Below are positions 30,125-40,305 of a stretch of 64,000 nucleotides of DNA, in pieces. Origin of the DNA: Candidatus Latescibacterota bacterium (lineage in GTDB: Bacteria > Latescibacterota > UBA2968 > UBA8231); the NCBI GenBank assembly GCA_963422735.1, contig OY730476.1, positions 2,976,001 through 3,040,000 of the forward strand, written 5' to 3'. Position 1 is the stretch's first letter. Every line of letters begins with the position of its first letter. The translations under genes were made by a program, and so were the position numbers. The notes beneath the pieces were generated by a model. That model did not search any database. It had not been told where the DNA came from and worked only from the letters and a program-made list of their open reading frames with translations.

Positions 30125-31366
30125 TTACTTCCACAGCAGCCGGAAGTAAAACAGCGGATTCGCCAACATCTTGCGCGGCACGGCGTTGGCCATCATGCCG
30201 CAGATCATGTCGCTGACCTCGGCATTTTTGGCAGCCTTGCGAATGACCAAGTTCATCAAGTAGGGCCAGCGGCCCAAATTATGCAGCTTGGTGCTCATCT
30301 TCAGCTCGCTGCCCAGCGCATCCCACAGTCGGTCCTCATAGCAGCTCAAAAAGCCAGCCGAATAATCCCCGGCCTCACAGGCTTGGACTGCGGTCTCCAC
30401 AGCAAAGCGAGCCGAGTACAGAGCATTGCCAATGCCCTCGCCCGTGAACGGGTCAATCAGGCCGGCCGCGTCGCCCAAGAGCAGAAAGCCGTTGCCGTGC
30501 GCCGGCCGCCGCCGCGAGCCAACCGGCAGGTTCCAGCCGACCGGGTCTTCGAGTGGGCGGGCGTTGCGGAAGCGCGTACCAAAGGACGCGCTCGCCACGG
30601 CGGCTGCGAGCGCGTCCTTGAGGTCAATGCCGCACGCCTTGATGTCTCGGTGATCCATGCCGATGCCCACATTGGCGCGGCGGCCCTCTAGGGGGAAGAT
30701 CCAAAAATATCCGGGCCGCACCTCGTCTATAAAGTGCAATTCGATCTGATCGCTCAGGCCCGCCACGCCCTCGAAGTATTGCCGCAAGGCCACCATCCAA
30801 GCGCGGCTCTCATGGCGATACAACCCGCTCTTGCGAGCGACGATCGAGTTGAAGCCATCGCACCCCAACACCAAGGGTGCGCGAAATTCCAAGCGCGTAC
30901 CGTCGCCTGTGCGCCCCCGCACCCCGCAGACCTGCTCGCCCTCTCTGAGGAGCTCGCGCACGGCAAAACCCTCTAGGGTGTGGGCAGCCGCGGTGCGCGC
31001 CTTGGCAAAGAGAAAGTCGTCGAAGACCTCGCGGCGGATGACAAAACCCTCCATCGGCAGCACCCGGCCGGTCAGGACGTTGTGCAAGTCGTAGCGGCTC
31101 AGGTCGATGGACGCGACCGCCGCGTCCGGGCTGCTGAATACAATGCGGGCAATGGCTGCCCCAGGCAGATTGCACACCTCCTCAAAGAGCCCCAGCTCGT
31201 GGAGGATGGCCACCGTCTTGCCGGAGAGGGCGTCGCCGCAAATTTTGTCGCGGGGGAAGCACTGCTTGTCTAGCAGTAGGGTCGCCAGCCCGTGGTGCTG
31301 TGCATACAGCGCGGCCGCGGCACCAGCCGGACCGCCGCCGACGATGATTAGGTCGTAGGTTTGCAC
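30125..31366 (-). CDS. Geranylgeranyl reductase family flavoprotein
   Basis: IIVGGGPAG, FPRDKICGD, GYFWIFP, ANVGIG, LLGDAAGLIDPFTGEGI. Confidence 0.92.
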   Translation of the reverse strand: MQTYDLIIVGGGPAGAAAALYAQHHGLATLLLDKQCFPRDKICGDALSGKTVAILHELGLFEEVCNLPGAAIARIVFSSPDAAVASIDLSRYDLHNVLTGRVLPMEGFVIRREVFDDFLFAKARTAAAHTLEGFAVRELLREGEQVCGVRGRTGDGTRLEFRAPLVLGCDGFNSIVARKSGLYRHESRAWMVALRQYFEGVAGLSDQIELHFIDEVRPGYFWIFPLEGRRANVGIGMDHRDIKACGIDLKDALAAAVASASFGTRFRNARPLEDPVGWNLPVGSRRRPAHGNGFLLLGDAAGLIDPFTGEGIGNALYSARFAVETAVQACEAGDYSAGFLSCYEDRLWDALGSELKMSTKLHNLGRWPYLMNLVIRKAAKNAEVSDMICGMMANAVPRKMLANPLFYFRLLWK

Positions 31367-31487
31367 GTAGCTCAGAAAATAGCTCGTCCGGCCCTCGCTA
31401 CAAGGGCGCAAGCCGAATTTGCTTTACGGGTGATCTTCCTTACATTTTTGGCTTTGTCAACGCAATCGCCAAAGGAGCCGCAACGCG

Positions 31488-33386
31488 ATGTCCGAAGACG
31501 TCAAAACCGAAAATCCACACGTCGAAAAACGGGCCTTTCAAACCGAGGTCCAACAGCTACTCCACCTGCTGGTCCACTCGCTGTACACCCAAAAAGAAAT
31601 TTTCTTGCGCGAGCTGATTTCTAACGCCTCAGATGCGCTGGACAAAATCTATCACCGCTCGTTGACTGACCGCAATATCCTCGACCCGGACGCCGAATTG
31701 GACATCGAAATCGAGGTGTCGAGCAGCAACAAGACCCTGACAATCCGCGACCGGGGAATCGGCATGGCCCGCGACGAGGTCAGTGAGAATATCGGCACCA
31801 TCGCCCGCTCTGGCTCGGCCGAATTTGCCTCCAAGCTGGCCGATGCCGGCGATGAGCAAGAGAAGCTCAAACTGATCGGCCAGTTCGGGGTGGGCTTCTA
31901 CTCGGTATTCATGGTAGCCGACCGGGTGGTGCTCACTACGCGCTCGGCCGACCCGGATGCCGACGGAGTGCTGTGGGAATCCACCGGCGACGGAGCCTAC
32001 ACCCTATCTCACGCCGACAAGGCCGACCGCGGTACCGAGATCAAGCTCTACATCCGCTCGGACTGCGAGGAATTTCTCGACGCCCATCGGCTAGAGGCCA
32101 TCATCCGCAAGCACTCGGATTTTGTCGCGTACCCCATCAAGGTCGCCGGCAAACAGGTCAACGACACGGCCGCCTTGTGGACTAGGCCGCGCAACGAAAT
32201 TACCCCCGAGCAGTACAACGAATTTTACACGCACCTGACTGGCGACCCCGACGAGCCGCTCGCGTACGAGCACATCGTCGTGGATGTGCCGATCCAATTC
32301 TACGCCGTGCTCTACATCCCCAAGCGCACACCGGCCCAATGGCTGCACGCGGAGCCGACGATCTCGCTCAACCTGCACGTCGCACGGGTCTTTATCCAAG
32401 ACGACTGCAAGGAGCTTCTGCCGCTGTGGCTGCGCTTTGTGCGTGGAGTGGTTGACTGCGACGACCTGCCTCTCAACGTCTCGCGCGAAACCCTCCAGCA
32501 AAATCCCATCATCGCCAAAATACGCGCCACCTTAGTCCGGCGCATCATCGGCATGTTAGAGGGCATGGCTAAAAAGGACGAGGCGCAGTACATGGCCTTT
32601 TGGCATGCCTTCGGCACCATACTCAAAGAGGGCGTGGCCACCGATGCTGCGCACCAAGCCCAACTTGCCAAGCTCCTGCGCTACCGCTCCTCGCTGGCCG
32701 ACGACGACGCGCCCTACATCTCGCTGCAGAATTACGTCGATCGGATGCAGAGCGAGCAGGATAAGATCTACTACCTCGCCGGCGAGAGCAAAGAGGCCAT
32801 CGCCCAAAGCCCTCTATTGGAGGCCTTCCGCAAGCGCGGCATAGAGGTGCTCTACCTCGACGAGCCAGTCGATGAATGGGTCGTCCAAGGGCTACAAAAG
32901 TTCGCCGACAAAGAGTTCCAAGGCGCGGATGCGGCCGAGTTGAACTTGGAAGAGGACGCAGTCGAGTTAGAAGGGGTCAACGATCAGAAGGCCGAGACCA
33001 TCGAGCTGATCTCCTTTCTCAAGAACAAGCTCGCCGGCCGGGTCGAGGACGTAGTCGAGTCCAAGCGGCTGACCGACAGCCCTTGTCTGCTGGTCGCCAG
33101 CCAAGATGGCCTAAGCCGCAACATGGAGCGGCTGATGAAAATGACCGACCGCGAGTTCAAGGGATCGTTGCGTACGCTAGAAATCAATCGCCAACACCCG
33201 ATCATCCGCAACATGGCCGCCGTGCTCAAGCGCGACCGCGACTCCGAACAACTGGAGAGCTGGGCACATTTTCTGGTTGATTTCGTATTGCTGGGCGAGG
33301 GCACGGTCGAAGATCCACAGCGGCTGAGCCAGAGCTTGCAGTCCATCATGGGCGCGGCCACTGCGCACGGCGCCGAGGAGAATTAG
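31488..33386 (+). CDS. htpG: Chaperone HtpG (Hsp90)
   Basis: SLYTQKEIFLRELISNASDA, IGQFGVGFYS, LRFVRGVVD, LPLNVSRE, LEINRQHP. Confidence 0.98.
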   Translation: MSEDVKTENPHVEKRAFQTEVQQLLHLLVHSLYTQKEIFLRELISNASDALDKIYHRSLTDRNILDPDAELDIEIEVSSSNKTLTIRDRGIGMARDEVSENIGTIARSGSAEFASKLADAGDEQEKLKLIGQFGVGFYSVFMVADRVVLTTRSADPDADGVLWESTGDGAYTLSHADKADRGTEIKLYIRSDCEEFLDAHRLEAIIRKHSDFVAYPIKVAGKQVNDTAALWTRPRNEITPEQYNEFYTHLTGDPDEPLAYEHIVVDVPIQFYAVLYIPKRTPAQWLHAEPTISLNLHVARVFIQDDCKELLPLWLRFVRGVVDCDDLPLNVSRETLQQNPIIAKIRATLVRRIIGMLEGMAKKDEAQYMAFWHAFGTILKEGVATDAAHQAQLAKLLRYRSSLADDDAPYISLQNYVDRMQSEQDKIYYLAGESKEAIAQSPLLEAFRKRGIEVLYLDEPVDEWVVQGLQKFADKEFQGADAAELNLEEDAVELEGVNDQKAETIELISFLKNKLAGRVEDVVESKRLTDSPCLLVASQDGLSRNMERLMKMTDREFKGSLRTLEINRQHPIIRNMAAVLKRDRDSEQLESWAHFLVDFVLLGEGTVEDPQRLSQSLQSIMGAATAHGAEEN

Positions 33387-33388
33387 AC

Positions 33389-34702
33389 ATGTCGGATCAA
33401 GTGCGCCAACAAGCCCTAGCCGCACGCGCAGCGTCGCGCGTCCTCGCTGCGGCTTCCGAAGAGGTGCGCAACCAAGCCCTCGAAACCATTGCTGCGGCTC
33501 TCGAAGCAAATCGAGAGCGCATCTTGGCCGCCAACGCCGAGGATCTAAAAGCCGGTGAGCAAGATGGGCTGACCCCGCCCTTGCTCAAGCGGCTCGACCT
33601 GAGCGGGCGCAAATTCGCCAGCACGGTGGAGATGGTGCGCGGCGTTTGCGCCCAGCCCGATCCCCTCGGCCAAACCCAGAGCGCGACCGAGCTAGACGAC
33701 CGGCTCCACCTCTATCGAGTGACCGTGCCCATCGGCGTGATCGGCGTAATCTTTGAATCCCGGCCCGACGCCTTGGTGCAGATCGCCTCCCTGTGCCTCA
33801 AGTCTGGCAATGCCGCCCTGCTCAAGGGAGGGCGCGAGGCCACCGCAACCAATCAGACTCTCGCCGAGGTAATGTGCCAAGCCACGCATGGCATCTTGCC
33901 GGAGGGGTGGATGGCACTCTTGCCGGGCCGCGAGGAAGTCCGTGCGCTCCTTGGCGAGGAGGACCTGATCGACCTAATCATCCCGCGTGGCAGTAACGAG
34001 TTTGTGCAATACATCATGCACAACACCAAGATCCCGGTCATGGGCCACGCCGACGGGATCTGCCACGTGTACGTCGATGCCAGCGCAGACCTAGACAAGG
34101 CCGTGCAGATCGCCGTCGATGCCAAGACCCAGTACGTGGCCGTGTGCAACGCGGCCGAGACTCTGCTCGTACACAGCCGCGTAGCCGCGGCCTTTTTGCA
34201 GCGGGCTGTGCCGGCGCTGCTTGCAAGGGATGTGGAACTACGCGGCGACGAGCGCACCATTGCCCTTGCCAACGCCAACGGGCAAGTCAAACCAGCCGCC
34301 GAAGCCGACTGGTCCACCGAATACTTAGACTTGATGCTGGCGGTAAAAGTCGTCGATAGCACGGCCGAGGCCATCGAACACATCAACGCGTACGGCAGCC
34401 ATCACACAGACGCGATCGTGGCCGAAGACCCGGCGGCCGCACGCACCTTTTTGCGCGAGGTGGATTCGGCCTCGGTGATTCACAATGCTTCGACGCGCTT
34501 TGCCGATGGCTTCAAATACGGGCTAGGGGCCGAGGTCGGCATCAGCACCAATCGCCTTCACAGCCGCGGCCCAGTAGGCCTAGAGGGCCTCGTCATCTAC
34601 AAGTACATTCTCCAAGGGGACGGCCACATCGTCGATATGTACGATGGCCAGCATCAGCGCCCCTTCGCCCATCGCCCCCTCGACCAGCACTGGCAGGCCT
34701 GA
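33389..34702 (+). CDS. proA: Gamma-glutamyl phosphate reductase
   Basis: [63 protein letters not shown]. Confidence 0.97.
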   Translation: MSDQVRQQALAARAASRVLAAASEEVRNQALETIAAALEANRERILAANAEDLKAGEQDGLTPPLLKRLDLSGRKFASTVEMVRGVCAQPDPLGQTQSATELDDRLHLYRVTVPIGVIGVIFESRPDALVQIASLCLKSGNAALLKGGREATATNQTLAEVMCQATHGILPEGWMALLPGREEVRALLGEEDLIDLIIPRGSNEFVQYIMHNTKIPVMGHADGICHVYVDASADLDKAVQIAVDAKTQYVAVCNAAETLLVHSRVAAAFLQRAVPALLARDVELRGDERTIALANANGQVKPAAEADWSTEYLDLMLAVKVVDSTAEAIEHINAYGSHHTDAIVAEDPAAARTFLREVDSASVIHNASTRFADGFKYGLGAEVGISTNRLHSRGPVGLEGLVIYKYILQGDGHIVDMYDGQHQRPFAHRPLDQHWQA

Positions 34703-34703
34703 C

Positions 34704-35060
34704 ATGAGCGAGTACACCACGGATTCGACCTACACTCCTGTGGAGCGCCACATCTTTCTCTGCGCTACCCCCACCAAGCCCAAGTGCCACAGCGACGGCA
34801 CCGGGGCCGAGTGCTGGGAGTACCTGAAAAAGCGGTTGTCCGAATTGGGCTACGGCCATCCGGGCAAGGGCGGCATTCACCGCACCAAGGCCGACTGCCT
34901 ACGCGTCTGCGAATCCGGGCCGACGGTGGTGGTATATCCCGAAGGCGTCTGGTACCACTCCGCGACCGTCGAAAAGCTGGAGCGCATCATCCAAGAGCAC
35001 TTGATCGGCGGGCAGGTTGTAGAAGAGCTAGTCAACCGCGAGCCGTTCCGCAACCTGTAG
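34704..35060 (+). CDS. Thioredoxin-like (2Fe-2S) ferredoxin
   Basis: HIFLC...KC...[24 protein letters not shown]. Confidence 0.92.
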   Translation: MSEYTTDSTYTPVERHIFLCATPTKPKCHSDGTGAECWEYLKKRLSELGYGHPGKGGIHRTKADCLRVCESGPTVVVYPEGVWYHSATVEKLERIIQEHLIGGQVVEELVNREPFRNL

Positions 35061-35094
35061 TCACACAGGGGGCCTCAGCCGGCCACAAAAGCGC

Positions 35095-36282
35095 ATGGTG
35101 AGCAAATCCAAACCCAAAAAACACATCGACCTAGAGATCAAGGACGCCAGCCTGATCTTCGACCGCGTCTGGAGCGACATAGAGCAAGAGTTCGGTCGCG
35201 CCAAGCTCTGCTTCCCCGGAGAAATTATCTGGCTCGGCGGCGCACCCGGGGCCGGCAAGGGCACCAATACCCCCTTCATTCTCGAAGCGCGGGGTATTAC
35301 GGCCGCGGCCATAGTGATCAGCGACTTGCTCGACAGCCCTCGCGCCCAACAGATCAAGAACGCCGGTGGCTTAGTCGGCGACGAGGAGGTCACTTACCTA
35401 CTCTTGCACAAGCTGCTCGACCCAATATACGAGCGCGGCGTGATCGTCGATGGCTTCCCGCGCACTCAAGTGCAGGTCGAGTGCCTCAAACTATTCTACG
35501 ACAAGATGACCGAATTGCGCGAGGAATTCCGCAATCACAACTTCCCGCGCCCCCTCTTTCGCACTGTGTTGCTCTTCGTCGATGAAGAGGTCAGCGTCGA
35601 GCGCCAACTCCACCGCGGTCGGGAGGCTCAGGAGCGCAATCGCAAGGCCACGGAGTCAGGTGTCGGCCAGCTCGCCGAGATCCGCGCCACCGACCTCGAT
35701 CCAGCGGCCGCACGCAAGCGCTACCAAGTTTTCAAGGAAACGACCTTTGAAGCACTGCGCTCGCTGCGCGCTATTTTTCACTTTCGCTTCATCGACGCCA
35801 GCCAGTCGCTCGCCAAGGTGCAACAGGAGATCGAGGAGGAGTTTTCCTACCAGAGTTCGCTGGAGCTTTCGCACAAAACCTTCGACCGCGTCCGCACCAT
35901 CACGCCGGCCAGCCGCCTCGTGCTCTACGCCCGCCAAGAGCTAGTCAAAAGGCTGGAGATCTACAACGAGGATCATCCCGAACTGTTCCAGCGGGTCATC
36001 GACAAAGTTCACTCCAAGTTCATGCCCATTGTCACCCGCTATGCCATTACCGGCATGACGCTCGTCAACTCCGAGGACGCGCTCTTTGACAATCCTTTGG
36101 CCTTGGCCATGTTGATCGACATCTTTTCCGAGCGCGGCTATCAGGCCCTCGTCGATGTCGAATCCATAGAGGTTCCTCACCGCATTGACTCCCACACACA
36201 CGAAATTGTCTGCCGGCAGAAGCGCGTCTATCGCTTTCAGATTCGCTTTGCGGCCTCAGCCATCCGGCACGGGACCGACTAA
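35095..36282 (+). CDS. Adenylate kinase-like protein with long C-terminal extension
   Basis: P-loop GGAPGAGKGT, GGLVGD, DGFPRT; about 150 extra residues. Confidence 0.85.
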   Translation: MVSKSKPKKHIDLEIKDASLIFDRVWSDIEQEFGRAKLCFPGEIIWLGGAPGAGKGTNTPFILEARGITAAAIVISDLLDSPRAQQIKNAGGLVGDEEVTYLLLHKLLDPIYERGVIVDGFPRTQVQVECLKLFYDKMTELREEFRNHNFPRPLFRTVLLFVDEEVSVERQLHRGREAQERNRKATESGVGQLAEIRATDLDPAAARKRYQVFKETTFEALRSLRAIFHFRFIDASQSLAKVQQEIEEEFSYQSSLELSHKTFDRVRTITPASRLVLYARQELVKRLEIYNEDHPELFQRVIDKVHSKFMPIVTRYAITGMTLVNSEDALFDNPLALAMLIDIFSERGYQALVDVESIEVPHRIDSHTHEIVCRQKRVYRFQIRFAASAIRHGTD

Positions 36283-37301
36283 CTCGGCCCGATCTGCCCT
36301 TCTGCGAGCATGGTAATTAGGGCCGAGTCCTCCGCGTCGAGGGGGAGCAACACCCGGCCGCGGCGGCGGCTCGACTCATAGGTAGCGAAAATTAGTTCGG
36401 TCGCTTGCAGAGCCTTGCGCGCCGACAAGCGCGGCTCCGCACCGCTGGCGAGACAGGCAATCAGATCGAGCACCGACAGCACGGTGTCGCCGCCTGGCGG
36501 GACGACATCGGCGAGCTCTTCATCCGCGAAGTCCTGCCACGCCTCACCCGCACGCAACAGCCGCAGCGGTGCGCGCTCTGCGCCGCCAACTTCGATGATG
36601 CCTTCGCTGCCGATGAGGCGATTGCGCGGGCCTTGTACGTGCGCGGCACCCGTGCCGAGCAGACCCTCGACGCCGTTTTGCCAGCGGATCCACGATAGGC
36701 CGCTAGTTTCTAAGGGCACGCCAAAGACCGCGTGCTCGGATTCGACGGCAATCTGGCCCATGACCCATTCGGCGGGTACTTCGTCGTTGTAAAAGAAAAA
36801 CATGTCAAACCAATGAGTGCCCCAATCAAACAGGTTGGAACACGCCCCTTCGAGCCGCTGGAGCGCACCTATGGCCCCTGCGTCGAGCAATTGTTTGGCC
36901 TTGACAAACGGAGCACCAAAGCGGCGTTGGTGGCAGAAGGTGAGGAGCACGCCGCGGTCGGCGCAGGCTCGGGCGAGCACCTTGGCGTCGCCCCACGTGC
37001 TGGCCATGGGCTTTTCGCAATGGATGGCTTTGACGCCGGCTGTGGCCGCGGCTTCGACCATTTCTCGGTGCTGGACGGTCCACGTGCAGACGCTCACTAC
37101 ATCGAGGGCTTCGCGCTCTAGCATGGCGCGATAATCTTCGTACGGGGACGCCACGGCAAAGTCCTCGGCAAAGGATGTGCGGGCCGCTGCCACCGGGTCG
37201 GCACAGGCCGCGATTGCGACTTGGGCGGAGGCTTGGTAGCCCTCGGCGTGGCTTCGACCGCGAGCGCCGCAGCCGATCACACCGGCTTTGTACTGAGTCA
37301 T
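36279..37301 (-). CDS. Gfo/Idh/MocA oxidoreductase
   Basis: GVIGCGARG, CEKPMA, HQRRF, DWGTHWFD. Confidence 0.92.
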   Translation of the reverse strand: MTQYKAGVIGCGARGRSHAEGYQASAQVAIAACADPVAAARTSFAEDFAVASPYEDYRAMLEREALDVVSVCTWTVQHREMVEAAATAGVKAIHCEKPMASTWGDAKVLARACADRGVLLTFCHQRRFGAPFVKAKQLLDAGAIGALQRLEGACSNLFDWGTHWFDMFFFYNDEVPAEWVMGQIAVESEHAVFGVPLETSGLSWIRWQNGVEGLLGTGAAHVQGPRNRLIGSEGIIEVGGAERAPLRLLRAGEAWQDFADEELADVVPPGGDTVLSVLDLIACLASGAEPRLSARKALQATELIFATYESSRRRGRVLLPLDAEDSALITMLAEGQIGPS

Positions 37302-37366
37302 TTTGTGCTCCGTCTGTGTTTGCGTAAAGTTGCGCGTTGTAACTGACGTTACGGACCGACTTCTCC

Positions 37367-37483
37367 GGTATGAGATGCTTCGACTCCGCTGTGCTCCGCT
37401 CAGCATGACCAAGAGCGCACCAACACCTGTCGTGCCGAGCGAAACGCTTCACCTCGCCTTTAGGCGACACAGCATCTCATACC
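37367..37483. repeat. Composite inverted repeat containing dispersed repeat copy 3
   Basis: Left arm GGTATGAGATGCT...CTCAGCATGAC; right arm GTCGTGCCGAGCG...AGCATCTCATACC with GCTTCACCTCGCCTTTAGGCG (37446-37466) inside. Confidence 0.75.
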
Positions 37484-37558
37484 CAATGCCTGTGCGTAAC
37501 ATCAGTTCGTAAAATAGAGATCCCATCGCCTCGCCATCAAACGCAACAGGAGAACGCC

Positions 37559-38389
37559 ATGCCCATCACCGACGCCCTCCCCGACATGGAACGCGTGCTT
37601 AAATTTTTCAGCGCGACCAACGACAATCCCCAAAAGCTCACCCGCGCCCAGATTCGCCAGTTCAACGAACAGGGGTACATCTGCCCCTTGGACGTGTTCA
37701 CGCCGGAAGAAGCCACGGCCAATCGCCGCTATTTCGACGCACTCATGGCCCAAGCCCAAGCCAGCGGGCACAACAGCTATTCAATCAACGGCTGGCATCG
37801 CCACTGCCGAGGCATCTACGACTTGTTGCACGAGCCGCGCATTCTCGATTGCGTCGAAGACCTCCTCGGCCCCAACCTCGTCAGCGTTATGACTCACTAC
37901 TTTTGCAAGGAGCCGGGCGACCAAAAACAGGTCGTCTGGCACCAAGACGCCTCGTACTGGCCGCTGACCCCGAGCAAGGTGGTGACCGCTTGGCTGGCCA
38001 TCGACGATGTGGATGAGGAAAACGGGCCGATGACCGTCGTCCCCGGCTCGCATTTGCACGGGCAGATTCCCTTTGAGCACAGCACCGCCGAAGAACAAAA
38101 TGTGTTGGGGCAGAGTGTGCGCTCGCCGCTCCAGTGGGGCAGCGAGCCGGTGGCCTTTATCATGCGAGCCGGTCAGATGTCCTTGCACACCGACCTGCTC
38201 TTGCACGGCTCGGCCCCCAACCGCTCCACGCGCCGCCGCTGCGGCCTGACGCTGCGCTACATGCCGCCCGAGGTGCGCACCCGTGAAGAGAAGCGCGCCA
38301 ACGGCTATATCTGCCGTGGCACCGACTCAAGCGGCTACTGGATTGACCTCCCCGTGCCAACCGGAGACGAGATGCTATCGAAGGCCTAG
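37559..38389 (+). CDS. Phytanoyl-CoA dioxygenase family protein
   Basis: FCKEPG, WHQDASYW, AWLAIDDVDEENG, VPGSH, LLHGSAPNRS. Confidence 0.92.
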   Translation: MPITDALPDMERVLKFFSATNDNPQKLTRAQIRQFNEQGYICPLDVFTPEEATANRRYFDALMAQAQASGHNSYSINGWHRHCRGIYDLLHEPRILDCVEDLLGPNLVSVMTHYFCKEPGDQKQVVWHQDASYWPLTPSKVVTAWLAIDDVDEENGPMTVVPGSHLHGQIPFEHSTAEEQNVLGQSVRSPLQWGSEPVAFIMRAGQMSLHTDLLLHGSAPNRSTRRRCGLTLRYMPPEVRTREEKRANGYICRGTDSSGYWIDLPVPTGDEMLSKA

Positions 38390-38394
38390 CTGCC

Positions 38395-39342
38395 GTGGCC
38401 CTACCGGAAACCTTTCGCGCCCGCTTGGAGGACATGCTCCCGGCCGAGCACTTTGCCGCCTGCTGGCAGAGCCTAGCCGCCGAGCAGCCTACGGCCTTCC
38501 GCGCCAACTCGCTCAAGGGTACGCCTGACGCGCTCGTTGCCGAGCTAACGGCTGCGGGCTTCGCCCTGACGCCGCTGGGCTGGAAGGGCGACGCCTTTGT
38601 CGTTCCGGCTGCCCAACGCCGCGCCCTCACCGAGTGTGCAGCCTACCGCGAAGGCCGGCTCTACATCCAAAACCCCTCTAGCATGGTGCCGCCGATTCTT
38701 TTGGCGCCGCAAAGCGAGGAGTGCATTCTCGACCTTGGGGCCGCTCCGGGCAGCAAGACTTTGCAGCTCGCCGAACTGATGGGCAATCAAGGGCGCATCT
38801 GGGCTGTGGAGTCCGTGCGCGGTCGCTTCTTTCGCCTGCGGGACAATCTGGCGCGGCACGGAGCCGAGAACGTGCAAGTCCATCTCGCCGACGGAACCCG
38901 CATCTGGCGTCGGCATCTGGAGCGATTCGACCGCGTACTCCTCGACGCGCCGTGCTCGTCCGAAGGGCGGTTCCACGCCGATACGCCCAAAACTTATGCC
39001 TATTGGAGCGAGAAGAAGATCGCCGAAATGAGCCGCAAACAGCGGCGGCTCTGCTACTCGGCCGTGCAATGCCTCAAGCCGGGCGGAGTGCTAGTCTATT
39101 CGACCTGCACCTTTGCGCCCGAAGAAAACGAGGCCGTCATCAACCGGGTGCTGCGGCAGTTTACCGGTGCCCTAACCGTAGAGGACATCGCGCTGCCTTT
39201 TGACAATGTGGCACCGGGCTTGAGCCAGTGGCGAGACAAGGCGTTTGACGCGCAGGTGCAGCGGGCCAAGCGAATTTTGCCGCTGGGGGGGATGGAGGGG
39301 TTTTTCGTGTGCCGGTTGCGGAAGACGGCGAGTACGAGGTAG
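38395..39342 (+). CDS. RsmB/NOP family RNA m5C methyltransferase (RsmF-like)
   Basis: YIQNPSSM, LDLGAAPGSKT, LLDAPCS, VYSTCT..PEENE. Confidence 0.92.
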   Translation: MALPETFRARLEDMLPAEHFAACWQSLAAEQPTAFRANSLKGTPDALVAELTAAGFALTPLGWKGDAFVVPAAQRRALTECAAYREGRLYIQNPSSMVPPILLAPQSEECILDLGAAPGSKTLQLAELMGNQGRIWAVESVRGRFFRLRDNLARHGAENVQVHLADGTRIWRRHLERFDRVLLDAPCSSEGRFHADTPKTYAYWSEKKIAEMSRKQRRLCYSAVQCLKPGGVLVYSTCTFAPEENEAVINRVLRQFTGALTVEDIALPFDNVAPGLSQWRDKAFDAQVQRAKRILPLGGMEGFFVCRLRKTASTR

Positions 39343-39403
39343 GGGAAGTCACGAACCGTGGCTCATGCATGCGCTCCAAAAGCTCAGTCCAATCTCTACC
39401 GGC

Positions 39404-40291
39404 TCACAATTCGCGATACGTCCCTTGAAATACCTCTCTAACGTGCCAGCCTATGAAATCCACCTTCGGATAATAGGATCGCCTTTGTGGAAAGTTGATT
39501 TTTTTGCCGTGAAACCGCATTAGCCATTCTCTAAATCCAACTAATCCATGTGCATCTTCTGATACTAGTATCTCCCACTGCTTAGACAGAGTAAAAGCTC
39601 CGCGGTCAAATAGTTTATGGTGCAGCACACACAGAGTCAGTCCATTCACCACCCGATTAGGTCCACCTGCTGCATGCCATTTTATATGAGATGCTTCTAA
39701 CCCAATGGGAGAATGCCCCAATTTCACATCAAAGCCACAGATGGCACATCTGTATTCATAAGCTCTGAGGACATTTTCTCTAAAATGGGAATCGCGCCTT
39801 CTCGTCTCAAAAACCCGTAGAGTAGGTTCAATGTTAACAGCCTGTAAGATGTCTCCGTGAATTGAAGGAGGAAAGTGAGCGTCTAATAAGTTGTGAATGA
39901 TTTCAAAAGTTAGTTTGGAATCATTCTGAAACTGTGTGGCAATAGCTTCGTGGAAACCACCAGAAACACTACGAGCAAGAAGATCGCTTTTTCTGGCATT
40001 TCCAGAAGCGTCTGGCACAATTTGGTCGGCATCGGTTACTTCCCAAACACTATCATTACGCAATCGCCAAAATGGATACTGGGACCCCTGCTTTGATCGT
40101 CTAGGTCCAAACTCCTGTAGCAACCTCCCAAGTTCCTCATCTACCTCGCAGTATGGAATGAACCGGCTTTCGCCGCGCAGCAATTTTCCAATTGCATATA
40201 GAACCAGTAGGGGTTTGTGCGGTGCTCTTTCCCCCGTCCTTCTCCATATCCTAAGGGTCGCAAATTTCTGAGTAATTAATTCTCGGTCCAT
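39404..40291 (-). CDS. SBD-HNH endonuclease (phosphorothioate-DNA-dependent type IV restriction candidate)
   Basis: RAPHKPLL..., YPFWRLRNDSVW (sulfur-binding-domain-like); CAICG, LEASHIKW, NGLTLCVLHHKLFDRG (HNH); AT-rich. Confidence 0.85.
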   Translation of the reverse strand: MDRELITQKFATLRIWRRTGERAPHKPLLVLYAIGKLLRGESRFIPYCEVDEELGRLLQEFGPRRSKQGSQYPFWRLRNDSVWEVTDADQIVPDASGNARKSDLLARSVSGGFHEAIATQFQNDSKLTFEIIHNLLDAHFPPSIHGDILQAVNIEPTLRVFETRRRDSHFRENVLRAYEYRCAICGFDVKLGHSPIGLEASHIKWHAAGGPNRVVNGLTLCVLHHKLFDRGAFTLSKQWEILVSEDAHGLVGFREWLMRFHGKKINFPQRRSYYPKVDFIGWHVREVFQGTYREL

Positions 40292-40305
40292 TTTTTAGTA
40301 TATAA

